Assembly: GCF_009914755.1 (NCBI RefSeq)
Contig: NC_060942.1
Strand: one strand, 5' to 3'
Source of the DNA: the human T2T-CHM13v2.0 reference genome, Homo sapiens
DNA: 64,000 nucleotides
Shown: positions 45,630 to 58,966 of the stretch, one piece after another
Position numbering within the stretch: the first letter of the stretch is position 1
Layout: each line of letters opens with the position of its first letter
The notes under the pieces: generated by a model
Database searches by the model: none
The model's input: only the letters and a program-made list of their open reading frames with translations
Told to the model about the DNA's origin: nothing
Position numbers and translations under genes: made by a program

Positions 45630-46411
45630 TGAAACGGGAAATGTTCCCTTGTTCCCCTAGCAGGGTGTGTGATGGGGGTGTGGCTCGCTTCTTCAGTGCC
45701 TGCTGCTCAAAACTCTAGGGGAGCCCAGAGACAGGCAGGCTGTGGGGCTCCAACCTCACTGCAGTGTCTAGGCATGAATGTTTATAGCTCCTGAAGCCCC
45801 AGTGGGTTTGTGTTACAGGGTGCTCTCTTGGTTTGCTGTCTATAGGCAGCTTATGTTAACCAGCTCAATTAGACTCTACACCTTGTCACAAGGACAGAGG
45901 GCATTCTGTATCCTGGGTTCTTGCCTTGGTGTACCAGAAGAATCGGATCACAGGTGGGCTTGGAGAATGAGTGCCAAGTTTTATTGAGTGGAAATAGCTC
46001 TTCACTGCTGGATGAGCCAGAAGGGAGACGGTTTTCCCCTGGAGTTGGGCCGCTCAGGCACATGCCAAACTCCGCCTCTCCTGCAGGTGGATGGCCTGCC
46101 AGTGTGCCAGCGTTTGTTGGTGTGCTCTTCTGCCGGCATGCTCCCTCCGTGTCCTCTTGATGTCCAGCAGCTTGTCTTCTTCCACTGATGTTTTCCTCTC
46201 GCCCTCCAGCAGCTTTCATCTCTGCCTTGCTAGGGTCTCAGCTTTTTATAGGCCCAAGAGAGGGGTGTGGTGGGCCAGGGTGGTCTTGGAAAATGCAACA
46301 TTTGGGCACAAAGGCAGAAGTGCCTGTCCTCACCTAGGTCTGTGGGGCTAGGGCCCTAGCCAGGGACCTGCCTTTCTCTACCCAGCATTTCTCTACCCTC
46401 CTCCTGTATCA
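45630..46411 (-). mobile_element. ERV1 solo LTR (LTR1 family-like) with 4-bp TSD
   Basis: Minus strand TGATACAGGAGG...CCCGTTTCA, TSD CCTT, minus-strand TATAAAAAG near 46245 and AATAAA near 45980. Confidence 0.85.
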
Positions 46412-46720
46412 CCTTGAAGAGGTAGAGGTTCTGTTTTATTTTAATAACCACCACAATTTATTTAACCATTCCTTGATCCACGTATAGAATATTCATGCTA
46501 AGCACTCTGCATGTATGATCCTATCTAATCCTAAACAAACTCTTTGCAGAGGTATTATTACTGGATTATACTTATGAAGAAACTGAGATTCACTTTGTAA
46601 AGTTTCAAAGTGAAAGAAGCTTGAAAGTCATTGCTGTTATCAATGCTGCACATCTCCAGAGTGGCAGCCTTTGGCTTTATGCTACTAAATATAGTGGTTT
46701 CCTTTTCTAAAAAGAAACAC

Positions 46721-47016
<296 letters not shown>

Positions 47017-47369
47017 AGGTTTTCTTTTTGTAATGGGGAGCTATTCTGTGCTAGGCCTTTAAATGTAGTTGACATGGGGTCATCACAAGAAGCCTATGAA
47101 GTACTACTTATTAAACTATATGGAAGCACAAAGTGTCAGATTTAAATCCAGGTCTGTAGTCCCAAAGTCAGTGATTATCCCACTCTATTCTATAACAGAT
47201 ACATTTGCATATGGCACCTGACTGCCACAATTCACTAGCACGTGAGTACACATAAGGTCACATATAATTGATAACCAATCCCACAGGATCTGAGCCCCCC
47301 TTCACCGGCTCATCCATGAATTCCAGCTCCTTACAATGTCCTTCACTGCACAGTCATCTTGAAAAGCCA

Positions 47370-48295
47370 CAGACTGGTCCAAGTCACACTGTTCTTATAG
47401 TCACCATTGGCTTTTGGCAAGTTGAGCCCAAGATCTGTGATACCAGCACCCCCCTTTACAAACCTGGGCACTGTGACACAGCTGTCCCTGCAGAACCAGC
47501 AGTTCCTGACCTGATGGGGGTCCCCAGTGATTCTTCCAGGCACTGAATCTCAACACACCTGTGTGAGCCAAGCAGACTGAAAGGGAAGAGGATAACAGCA
47601 CCCACACATTTCAAGTTTTCTCAGGGCCAAAATACTACAGAGTTTATGAGCTATCTATCTTAGTCAATTCAGGCTTCTGTAACAAAGTGTAGACTGGGTG
47701 GTTTATAAACAACATAAATTTTCTTTTCACAGTTCTGGAGGCTGGAAGTCCAAGATCAGAGTGCCAGCACAGTCAGGTTCTGCTGAGGGTTCTCTTCTGA
47801 GTTGTAGGCTGCCCACTTCCCTTTCGATCCTCACATAGCAGAAAGTGGGTGAGAGAGCTCTTGCGAGTCTCTTTGATAAGAACACTAATCCCACCCATTA
47901 GCGCTCTACCCTCATGACCTAATCTCTCAATGACCCCCACATTCTGAAACCATCACATTAAGGGTTAGAATCCCAACATATGAATTCTGGGGGGACACAA
48001 ATATTCAGTCTATTGCAGTATCTTAGGGTTTTCAGTTTGTATGGAGTCTTTTTCTATTACAATCATGTCCATCTCAGTCACAAAGATCTACAAAGACCCA
48101 CCACTCCCCTCTACCCGCAGGTCCTGTGGTGAGGTCTGTTTCCTCAAGCTGGGATCCTTCTGATTTATGGTGACATGTCTCTCAGCAGCCTCACTTTTCT
48201 TCTCTCCACCTGGAGTCATTGCACAGATGACATGTCAGTGTATGTCTGAGGCCCAATCATGGACATAGTGCTTTGTTTCTCAGGGAGCTCTCCAA
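47370..48295 (-). pseudogene. Putative decayed PNMA/Ty3-gypsy Gag-like relic split by MLT1
   Basis: Collinear frameshifted peptides ELPE, VICAM, WREEK*EAAE, PQDL/GRGEWWVFV, PEKT*NVWV, LEESL/GPP and EQCDLDQ, read by eye. Confidence 0.4.
47656..48017 (-). mobile_element. MLT1A/B MaLR solo LTR
   Basis: TCACAGTTCTGGAGGCTGGAAGTCCAAGATCA...GGGGGACACAAATATTCAGTCTATTGCA; TSD (C/G)TATC. Confidence 0.88.
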
Positions 48296-49415
48296 TATTA
48301 TAAAAATCAGTAGCTACAGAGAAATGCTTAATGGTGGGGCATTGCCTCCCTCACACACTAGCCACTCCCCTTCTGCAGTCCAGCCCATTCACCACTTTGT
48401 AATAACAAGGATCTAATTGAGGGTACATTAGTGTCCTTTGGTGCTGATCAACTTCTTTAAAAATAAAAAAAGTCTCATTTCAGAAAACATGCTGAATTAG
48501 GAAGAAGTGGAAAGAAGTGCAGTGGATAAGCAAACCACAATCCTCAGGCCTCAACGAGGCATTCTTTCATTGATCACTAATCACTCTGGGTTCACCTGAC
48601 TCTAGTCATCAACATGGCTCCCTAGTCTTGAAGTTGTCCAACCACAGTCAAAGCTGTTTGACCTGCACATGACAAACAGGTTGATTTCTGGATCCTTAGA
48701 TCCTATAAAAACATCACTGTCCCTTGTGGTTGGGTTCAGTCTCACCCCATGCCTTTTGGATCTGTACTTTTTCCATGAGAAACACTAGCCTTGAGTTCTC
48801 CACAGCAAGAGTCTTACCTTGATTTTTTCTCTCCTTCCCTCAGAAGCCCTGAGCCTCAGCCTCAATGGCACATTGCCTTGTTATGGGCTGATATACCTTG
48901 TTACTGCTACTACACTTCATCCTGTGGTCTGAATGCCTGGACCACAAGGTATGAGCTGCCCTCCCTGCTCTGGAAGGCAACCATCTCTTGGTGGAGAGGA
49001 ACACTCTCCTGATGACTACTTGCCAATGTGAGGCTTTGATCCAGGGCCTACAGTGCCCACATACCTGTACCTGTACTCCCTGTCTTCACCTGTCTTAGTA
49101 CTGGTATTTACTCTGCTAACCAATCTTACTAGAGTTCACTTTCCATATTCTAGTCCCTTCTGTACCAACCTGCCCACTGCCACCTGAACTCTATGTACTC
49201 TGGGGAAAAAAAGAAATCAGTTGGGTTGAATTCTCAAACCCAATTGCCCAGTTCCACTCCATACTCATAACATCCAGACATAGAAGCCCTTAGCAAATAT
49301 AGCATATTCTGACTTACATTGTCCATTCTTTTATGGCAAGTATTTTATGTACATGTAATTATTTGATTATACACATACACTAATATTTTTCTCTATATTT
49401 AAATTATAAGCTCCT

Positions 49416-49682
49416 GGCTGGGCACAGTGGCTCACACCTGTAATCCCAGCACTTTGGGAGGCCAAGGTGGGCAGATCACTTCAGCTCAGGAGTTCAATAC
49501 CAGCCTGACCAACATGGTGAAACTCTGTCTCTACTAAAAGTACAAATATTAGCTGGGCATGGCGTGCACACAAGAATTGCTTGAGCCTGAGAGGCAGGAG
49601 GCTCCAGTAAGTTGAGATTGCACCACTGCAATCCATCCTCAGCAATAGAGTGAGACTCCGACTCAAAAAAATAAAAAATAAA
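49416..49682 (+). mobile_element. AluS with internal deletion and 15-bp TSD
   Basis: TSD AAATTATAAGCTCCT on both sides. Confidence 0.94.
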
Positions 49683-49916
49683 AAATTATAAGCTCCTTAG
49701 AGGCAAACATATACTTAGCACAGTCCCTTATTAAAAGTAGTTGTGCAGAGAAGTATGCTAAATTGAATTTAATCACTTACAAGATTAACTTCTGTACCCG
49801 TATTCTATAGTGTAATTTCTCAGCTTACTGCCTCATTTATCTTTTCACAAATATTTACTGAGGGCCTGTTGCATGCTGGGTAATCTTCCAGGGGTTACTT
49901 TATCAAAGTCAATAGA

Positions 49917-50215
49917 GGCTGGGCATAGTGGCTCATGCCTGTAACCCCAGCACTTTGGAGGCCAAGGCAGGTGGATTGCTTTAGCTCAGGAGTTCGAGAC
50001 CAGCCTGGGCAATATGGTGAAATCCCATCTCTACCCAAAATACAAATAATTAGCCAAGCATGCTGGCACACCATTGGTCCCAGCTACTCTGGAGGCTGAG
50101 GTTGGAGAATTGCTTGACCTGGGAGAAGGAGATTGCAGTGAGCCGAGATGGCACCACTGCACACCAGCTTGAGTGACAAGAGGAAGACCCTGTCTCAAAA
50201 AAAAAAAAAAAAAAA
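49917..50215 (+). mobile_element. Old Alu (J/Sz-like) with TSD
   Basis: TSD AAAGTCA(A/G)TAGA. Confidence 0.94.
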
Positions 50216-50859
50216 AAAGTCAGTAGAACAGATTCCTTCACAGATACTACATTGCAGGGGAGTTCAACAATAACTAAATTACAAAATATAAATGTCATGA
50301 TGGGGAAAAGGTGGGGGGAATGAATAGAGAAAGATGAAGAGTGGCGTTTACATGAAGTGACACTTGAACGTTTTGTCTCTTTTATAGAATAAGTTTCTGG
50401 AGGTCTCAATTTTGTTTGTTTTTGCATTTATTTCATTTTAAATGTTTGAACAGCATAAGCTACTAACGGACTTTTTAGGCTTTTAGCAAACACTTTTTGC
50501 AAATAGTTACGTAAATATATCAGACTTTGAAAACCTCCTACTTCTTAATTTTTTTCCCTTACACATTAAACATGGAAAAAAGAAAACAAAACACATGGAT
50601 TTTAGTAGATATAGGATATTATCAAATTAGTTTTCTTTTTAACAGCCCTCTGGCTTCAACATTTTCATGAGCATCATTTATTTAACAGACAAGATCATCT
50701 ATAATCCTTTTTGGTTTCAACAGCAGTGTCTGATTGACAGTAGCAAACTCTATTTACTGATCATTTTTCCCAAACCCAAACCCCACTGCCCTGATGCTTA
50801 GCTGGCTGACATCCCTGAAAATCTTTGGTGATAATCATTAGAAGAATCACCAGAAACAG

Positions 50860-51330
50860 GGAGGCTCTTTGGAGCTACCTTGTGTGCTAACCTGGCGCAG
50901 GCACTAGGACCGCCCAGGAGCCGATAGGCAGCCACGCTTCACAGCCTGTCAGAGGGACTGAGCCGCCTTTGCTGTTACACAGGAAGAGAGCAGGCAGCAT
51001 CAGTATCGGCTCAGCATCCTTCCCCCTTCTGTTCGATTAGAAGGTATTTACTTGCTATTTATCACTCAGGCTTTGAATACTGTCACGTGCCTTTAGTGTT
51101 CCCTTAATATGATGCTCTGAAATGCTGTCCAGCACCTATTGGGTTACTATATTATTTTATGTTAATTTCCACAGCTGATCGAAGCAACAGTGCCATAAAG
51201 AAATGGGCTAGATATTTCCAGAGGCTGCAATCTGGAGGCGTTTGGAGGTGTGAGTACGTTGGTCACAGATCTCTAATGTGTTGGCTGTATTAGTCGTGTC
51301 TCTTGACCTTCCTCTTCTTCGTTGAAAGAG
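50860..51330 (+). promoter_or_regulatory. Candidate non-island promoter / 5' exons of an unidentified gene
   Basis: Non-repeat, GC-elevated, about a dozen retained CpGs. Donor AAG|GTATTT at 51044, acceptor TTTCCACAG| at 51174, donor GGT|GTGAGT at 51250, E-box GTCACGTG at 51082-51089. Confidence 0.45.
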
Positions 51331-54087
51331 CCAATGTGAGATGCCATCTGCATATTTCATTCATAAAGGAAATGCAACTAGATGGTGACAGAAACCGCTA
51401 ATGATGGGCCTGAAACTCTACTTTGGAGTGGCTGTGGTTTCCTCTTCCAGCCTGTGGGTTTGCAAGAGAAGCTGGGTTTGCAACTGAGTTTGAATGGGAA
51501 AGAGATTTTGCTCAGGGCTGCAGACTGCGTGCATGGATTCTGCTTTCTGTTTTCAAAGCTCAAAGACTGTCCTTTCTAATCATTGCCATGGTGCAGTGTT
51601 GGAGTCTTTTTATGCTTTCTTTATTTCTGCAAATACTCCTATCATAGATGTAGACTGCCAGAAAGCTATTAAGTCATTTGGTGCCCCACAGTGTAAAGCC
51701 ACTGAAGAGAAATCTAGTTTGCTTTTTCTTAACCATATACCATATACTTTTTCCTGACTCAATACCACAGCTAGTAGATGGCACACAGAAACATTAAAAA
51801 ACAATGCTAATCTAAGATTCTTTTTTCCTGTTCAAAAATAATTTTGATTATGCATGATAAGAGAGTAGTTTGCTATTAGAAAACCCAAATGATTATGATT
51901 TTATGGGGGAGATGGAAAATTCTTTTTGAGTATTTTACAAATCAATTGAAGGTGCTTTTTAAGAGCCTTGGTGCCAATTTTATGCATTCAAGGCTCTTTT
52001 AATACTTTAAAGCCTTCCCAAACTGTTAGATGTGGTTTTGACCACAGTAATTAGTTTAAATTTGTATACATTATGCCAAAATGTAATAGGCAAGTGTATT
52101 CATAAATGAACAAAATATTGAGTTCTGCTAGTGGACAATTCATGGTAAGATAAACATGTAAGATAAAATTCATTGTAAGATGAACAGTACCAACAAAATT
52201 TATTTCAGGAAAGAAAATATTTAACTAAGACACAATGCAAGGCATCAACATTAAAAGTGTGACTTTAATGAAAAACATTTGTTAAATAATTTTTAAAATA
52301 CTTCTAATGGTTCAAAAAAGTATATGTTTAAGTTTCTTGTATTTGATATATTGAAATATCCTAAATGTGATTTCAAAGTGTTTAGGTATCAAAGTTTTGA
52401 AAATGTATCTATAGTTCCCTTAACACTCTTTATTTGGTAAACAAAAGAGGGGCAGAGGATATGAGGGAGAAAGAGACTAAGTTTTACTTTACTGTTTTTT
52501 AAATATTTTGAATATTCTGATATAATATTTACTATATAGGTATGCTACCTATACTTTTTAAATGTAACTAAAATTACTAATGATTGTAATTATTAACTTG
52601 CAGTATCTGTAGCAAATGAAAATAAATATATCGAAAACATGTTTATATTGCTATATAACATTTCTTAGGCAGAGAAAGTCATTTTTTCTAGATAGTGATT
52701 TGCTTCTGAAGGAAGTTAGGGAAATTAGATTGGGGGTGGTAGTAAACTTTCATTAGTTTCTGGGCAAAAGTAATTTTTTAAACCTATTTTTGCATTGGTG
52801 CACCTACAATTTATTTTCAAGTTTGTGTATATTACATATCTTCATAAACTTTGTGTTATTAAAGTTTTCTCCTTTCTCTTTTTAAAATGCTTCCTATATT
52901 CCAAGTCTGTAAAGATGACTCAATTCTTCAAATTAAAACTTAGTTTTGAAAATTCCTACCCATCATATAATGATTTGCAGCCTTAAACTTCAGTTTCATG
53001 TCAGACTCATCATTACACATGTCTTGTTAATAATTTTAAATAACTTCATTTTATGTTAAGTATAAAGATTCATTGAATTCAATGATGATAGGGGAAAAAG
53101 TCCCAAGAAGTATGTTTTTATTCAGAATTTGACAGACACACTTTTCAGGACATGAATTTTGAACTTTCTTCCTGAATTTAAGTCCTAAAATTAAGTCCAC
53201 TGGCTTGACCTAATCAAATGAAGACAGTTGGCACAGTGCTTAGCAGAAGTTCAGAATTACTAGCAAACAAATGGGACTTAAGCTAAGAAATAAAATGTAA
53301 AGGCTAAAATGAATTTGTTAGAATGTACAATCACTACTTTGTCAATGAGTTTGATGCCTGAGGTTATCCCAAGGCCTTGAAAAGTCTTGCAGCCCAAGAG
53401 ATTCAGGTAGATATCAATATTATACAGATTTACTTGGTAGTGTTAAGGTTGACATTTCTAACAGATGGATTTTAACATGCATATTTTTAGCAAAAATAGT
53501 TCCAATAAATAGTAAATCTCATTCCACCGATTTCACCAACAGCAGTACTTTTCCATCCAAAAAGACAGACAATATTCCCTAACAGAAATTCTTTCATGAA
53601 TAGAATACTTAGACATTTCTAAAAGACAGATTTTACATTATTTCTACATAGAAAAATATAGCATTTACAGTACTAAGCCATCCAGAAGAAGCTAACATAA
53701 AGGAAGAAGTATCAGCAAAATTATTCTAGTATTGCAGTTTGCTTTTTCAAATTTCTTTTTCTGAGCATCTGTATAAGTAAGAAAATATATCTCCTAGTAG
53801 AAACCACAGAAAAATGCAATAAGTCATCCAGGGACCAATGGTAGACCTGTGGGAGACAGTGTTTACTGAATGGATGAGAAAAAGAAATGTGGAAGAATAA
53901 CAAACGGTCCTTTTTTATTTGTCATGAAAGATAATTCCAATTCTAATATGAGTTTTTAAGAATCTGTTGGCCACATACACATGCCACAATAAATAGGAAT
54001 TACATGTAACTTGAGATTTTCCCATTATGATTTCCCCTTAAATAAAAGACTTAAAGGAAAGAAAATGAGAGTATGTAAGTGATGTGT

Positions 54088-54426
54088 CATCTCCACATCA
54101 GTTATAGTTGTGTGAACTGGGAGGCACAAATTATGTATTTTGTTGGAGTTTGGCCAAAGGGAAAGTTATTATCCATCATATAGTTTGGGAAGAAGTTTTT
54201 CTCCAGAGAAAAGGTTTTGTTGTTTCCAGAACTGGATGTTACTTATAAAGAAATAAGTTTATAGATATGCAGAAAGCTTTTAAATATATGAGATTCAGTT
54301 TTTGAGTGTAAAGGACACATACGCAATGTGTTCATACATTTGTTGATATGCAAGTTTATCCAAAACATTGCTTTAACTTGTCCCTCCTGGTTGACACAAC
54401 TATAACTGATGTGAACATGGGAGACG
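54088..54426. repeat. Long imperfect inverted repeat pair (MITE-like)
   Basis: 54094-54133 matches the reverse complement of 54374-54413, including a 20-bp exact core CACATCAGTTATAGTTGTGT. Confidence 0.85.
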
Positions 54427-56715
54427 ATTAATATACCTTCACTCCTTTTCCCTTAAATATATTAGTTGATAGGGAGGAAGTTAACGCTAAGGAAACTTGT
54501 TGATAAATATTAATCATGATTTCACAGATGTTTAAATTGCAAATAAGATTTGCTCTTTCACATAATAGTGAACGTTGGAGTTTGCAGGCTGGAATCAGTG
54601 TAACATTTTTTGGACACAGCAATTAATGTCTTTGAATTATTTTTCATTAATATGTATTAATGATCTCTTGCTGTATTGCAAGTATGGGAGTTGGAGCAGT
54701 AAACAAGTTATGTCCCCCCTTGCACAGTTTCCATCATTTTGTGAAGGAATAGAGGCAAAAAGCAAGCAATTAAATATTATTAACCAAATGCATTGTTACT
54801 AAAATTATGTTGTTATTATTACTATAATTTATTGCCAATTAAATAAACCAGAATATATCTGATGAGTGCTAACTGGAAAATTAAAAGAGGATACTGTGAT
54901 AAGGAATGGCTTTGTGGCATTTTCAGTTAGGGTTGTTTGGAAGACTTCCTGAAAAAGTGATGTATCATCAGGGATCCAGGTGAAAAAGTTAGCCAGATAA
55001 TGAGAGGCACGGTGCTACAACAGCAAGTGTGTGGATTTAGAAGCAAACCTGCTGCAGTTTAAATCCATTCTGTGTCATTCTGAAACTTTGAAATCTTGAG
55101 AAATTTACCCTTGGAGCCCGTTTCATAAAACGTTATAGAATTTTGACAAGAGGAAAAATGAGATGATATATGTTGACTTTCTATGACACTATGGAAGAAT
55201 TTAATTTCCATGATGACTTACGAAGTGCTACAACTTTATGAACTAACTCCTTCAAATACTTCATCCAACAAACAAGTATTTGATTGTTTTACCACTCCTG
55301 TACCGCTTTCTTTAAATTTTTTGGGTGAATTCTGTCACAGAGTTGAGGGAGAAAAGACTGGCACTTCCACAGACAACAGAAAAAGAAAGAATTGTTTCCG
55401 AATCTTCTAAAGAGCAAGCCTCAGCTAGGATCTTTGTTAGATGCAGATGTTATTAATTTTGCTTATTTCCCCAGAAACCACCAACACACTGGTTGATGGG
55501 TGTTGATTATGGTGCTGCTCCTCTCAGGCAATGCTGTAGTGAGATGACTACATCCACGGAGGTTAGACATAGCCTCTGGAAGGACTGTGCTTACTGGGCT
55601 CAGCCCATCACATCCCACTTCTTGAGAAGTTGAGTGCGATGCACATGGCATTTCATAGTGCACAGCACAGCTTTCAGGCTCAAGTAGAAGAGGCAATTGA
55701 TAAAGATCAGTATTTCTTTGATAAATTTATGGATAAAGAAGGTAGTTCATTGATACTTGGAGAATTCACATCTAAAGATGCTTGGGGTTTTGTCATCTCA
55801 TAGGCGTGCAGCCATGAAATACATACCTGCACACAAACATGCACATGTATTCCCCCAAGCAACTGCTATACATTTTTTTAAGTAGAAAATTGCTATGGTG
55901 TGATTTTAAGTATTTTCCTTCTATTGTTCTTGACACTACAGTTATGCATAGGATCAAAATGGTTCAACAATATTTTTCCCCAGTTATTTCAAAGGAAAAC
56001 CTTCCTCCTGGAGTCTATCAGCTAGCTGTATTTGAAGCTACTTTATCAAACAAAAGTCAAAACAGAAAACTAAACTAAATTTTTTTTTAAATGGAAAAGT
56101 CTGGCATAGAAAAGAGGCATGGTTGGGGGAAAATGTCTGTGATGGGTTTGGACTTGATTGAGACAACTTTCCAATCTTGTAAAAGAAAATGGAATTCCCC
56201 TGAGTGGCAGCCACAGACAAATTGACATGTTCAGGCTAAAATGTGTCCTTGTTCAGAACCAGGAAAGAGCAAAGGCTCTTGCTGGGGATAAAATAAGCAG
56301 TGGGAGAGAGGTGGGCCAGGAGTAAAACTCAAGTTTATGAGACCTTGTGCTGCTACTGTTTAAAATCTACCTGCGGCTCTGAGGTGCCCCACCGGCGTGT
56401 TATTGGAGATGTAACTTGATCTACTTGGGGCCTATTCTTTATTGCTATGTATTGGGATTGGGTTTTATGATAATCAACAGTATCAGGTAGTTATTTTGTC
56501 ATTTTCTTCAAAAATTTATCTATTATTCAACTATTATGCTTGGAACAATTCTGGAACTTATGTTTATTGCAAATAAAACATCAGAAATGTGGAAGGAATA
56601 AGTGAGTTCAGGAGGTCTACTAATCCCACATATAGTATAATCCTGAATATAAGTAGTAATATTGACTGTAAATAATAAAAAATTTTATTAAGATTGTATA
56701 ATTCTGAGAGAAACA

Positions 56716-56796
56716 ATAGATAGCTAGAGAATTAGATAGACATAGATAGATAGATAGATAGATGATACGTAGGTAGATAGATAAACAGATAGATAA
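56716..56796. repeat. Imperfect (GATA)n microsatellite
   Basis: TAGATAGATAGATAGATAGATGATAC... Confidence 0.9.
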
Positions 56797-57425
56797 AATC
56801 CCTAGTAACACATCAACATTTAAAGACAATCTTCAAGGTATGCATCTAGCAGCTTGCATAATTTTTCTCTCCCACATTTTAATTCAGTCAATTGAGTACT
56901 TATTTAAAACACCAAATTATTTACAACTTTGTTTTAATTATGACAACTATGATTCCTTCCAGTGTCACTACGAATTAATCTACCAGTAAATGTCATAAAG
57001 CAATAAGGGCAACAGGTCATGAAATATAAATATATTTTTTCATGTAAATATTTATTTGCAAAGACGAGACTATAATCCAACTGTTGGATGGCGCCAGAAC
57101 CATGGCATAGTGGCCAAAATGTGTGCTCTTTAGGGAACATACTTTTATAAATTCATATTTGGTTTTTCAAATGTGATTTTAGTGGTGAGGAGTATCACGT
57201 GTGTAAATGTGGGGAATTTTTATTTACATCAAAAGTTGGATGTCAAAATAAAGGTAAAACTGGCTGAGTCTCACAAAATATTAATGAAGCAGGAAAAATT
57301 TTAAAAATTTTAGAAGCATCCAAAAATTCAACCAGGTCAAGAAAGACATGACTTAGCAACAGCATATATAGAAAATTACTTAGTAGTTTGAATTCTCAGT
57401 AAACTCAATGTGAGTGGACAATGCA

Positions 57426-57475
57426 ATGTGGCTACTAGAAAAGTTAATGTTATGTGGCTACTAGAAAAGTTAATG
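57426..57475. repeat. Tandem duplication, 24 bp x2 (period 26)
   Basis: ATGTGGCTACTAGAAAAGTTAATG twice. Confidence 0.95.
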
Positions 57476-57549
57476 CATGCTTAGGCTACACTAAAGGGAA
57501 CAAGGTATCTAGAACATGGGAGGTGACAGCCCAATAATACCGTATTACT

Positions 57550-57836
<287 letters not shown>

Positions 57837-58189
57837 CTACTGTATTACTCAGTGATTCTGTTTCCAGTTCTGGGCTTCTCACATTAGGAGGGCTCTAGAT
57901 TCATTAAAAACCATATCAAGGAGGTTTTTAAGAGGATGGAGAAGTTTCAAACTTTTTCAAAGGATGAACAGAGGATATTTTGTTTGGTGAACAGAATGGT
58001 TAAGAGTAAACTTGATTCTTACTTATGATCTGTTGTTAACAATTTGAATGCTATTACATGAAAGAGGAATGAGACTTGTACTTTAGGGCGCAGTAAGAGA
58101 ACTTTTCTAGACCAATAGTGGAATCTCAGTGAGAGCTCAGTGGACCTCATTAGGGATGGTGACTCCTGTGGCAGAGAGGTGTGTTTCAT

Positions 58190-58395
58190 GGCAATGTGGT
58201 GCAGAGGGAAGAATATGGTTTGAGGAATCAGATAGATCTGAGGGCACCTCTAAAGGGTGCCACTTATGACTTATCTCTGTGATCTATACTTTAAAAGAAA
58301 AATGGAAAGAGTGCCTTTCAAGGTTACCAGAAAGATTACATGAGATAATATATGTAAAGCACTGAAAACAATAGGTATCCTGTAAACGTTAGTTC
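58190..58395 (+). mobile_element. MIR
   Basis: GGCAATGTGGTGCAGAGGGAAGA...ATGAGATAATATATGTAAAGCAC. Confidence 0.65.
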
Positions 58396-58607
58396 TTTTT
58401 TTTCTTCCTTCTGTCTCTGGCAGTGATTAACCTTTGAGTGAGAACCATTTCAGGGTGAGTTTACTAAGGATTCAAGTTTCCAAACAGTGACTGAACTACG
58501 TGACTTCAATGTACCTTACTTACCTCATTGAAATTCCATGTAAAAACTTAATACTGGATTACTTTATAGGAGTTGTGTAAGTTCTTTAAAAGGTAATGTT
58601 TGTTGCC

Positions 58608-58966
58608 TGTATTAGTGCATTCTCATTATGCTATAAAGAACCGCCCAAGACTGGGTAATTTATAAAGGAAAGAGGTTTAATTGCCTCACAGTTCGGCATG
58701 GCACGGGAGGCCTCAGGAAACTTGCAGTCATGGCAGAGGGCACCTCTTCACACGGTGGCAGGAGAAAGAATGAGCCTAGTGAAGGGGAAAGCCCCTTATA
58801 AAACTATCAGATATCGTGAGAACTAACTCACTATCACGAGAATAGGACGAGGGAAACCACCCCCATGATTAAATTATCTCCACCTGGTCTCTGTCACGAC
58901 ATGTGGGGATTATGGGAATTACAATTCAAGATGAGATTTGGGTGGGGACACAGCAAAATCATGTCA
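58608..58966 (-). mobile_element. THE1 (C/D-like) solo LTR
   Basis: TGTATTAGT...GACTGGGTAATTTATAAAGGAAAGAGGTTTAATTG...GAGATTTGGGTGGGGACACAG...ATGTCA. Confidence 0.9.

Noticed and set aside
46055-46070. Possible p53 half-site in the LTR1-like element
   Set aside because: Single imperfect half-site only.
48533-48547. Minus-strand PEDCG peptide resembling PNMA3
   Set aside because: Out of register with the other collinear motifs; likely chance.
50860-51260. Assigning a gene name to the candidate promoter
   Set aside because: I do not recognise the sequence and no coding exon lies in the window.
51768-51786. Secondary CTCF-like motif CTAGTAGATGGCAC (also weaker ones near 3870, 12855, 21025)
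   Set aside because: Mismatches at high-information positions; not supportable without ChIP data.
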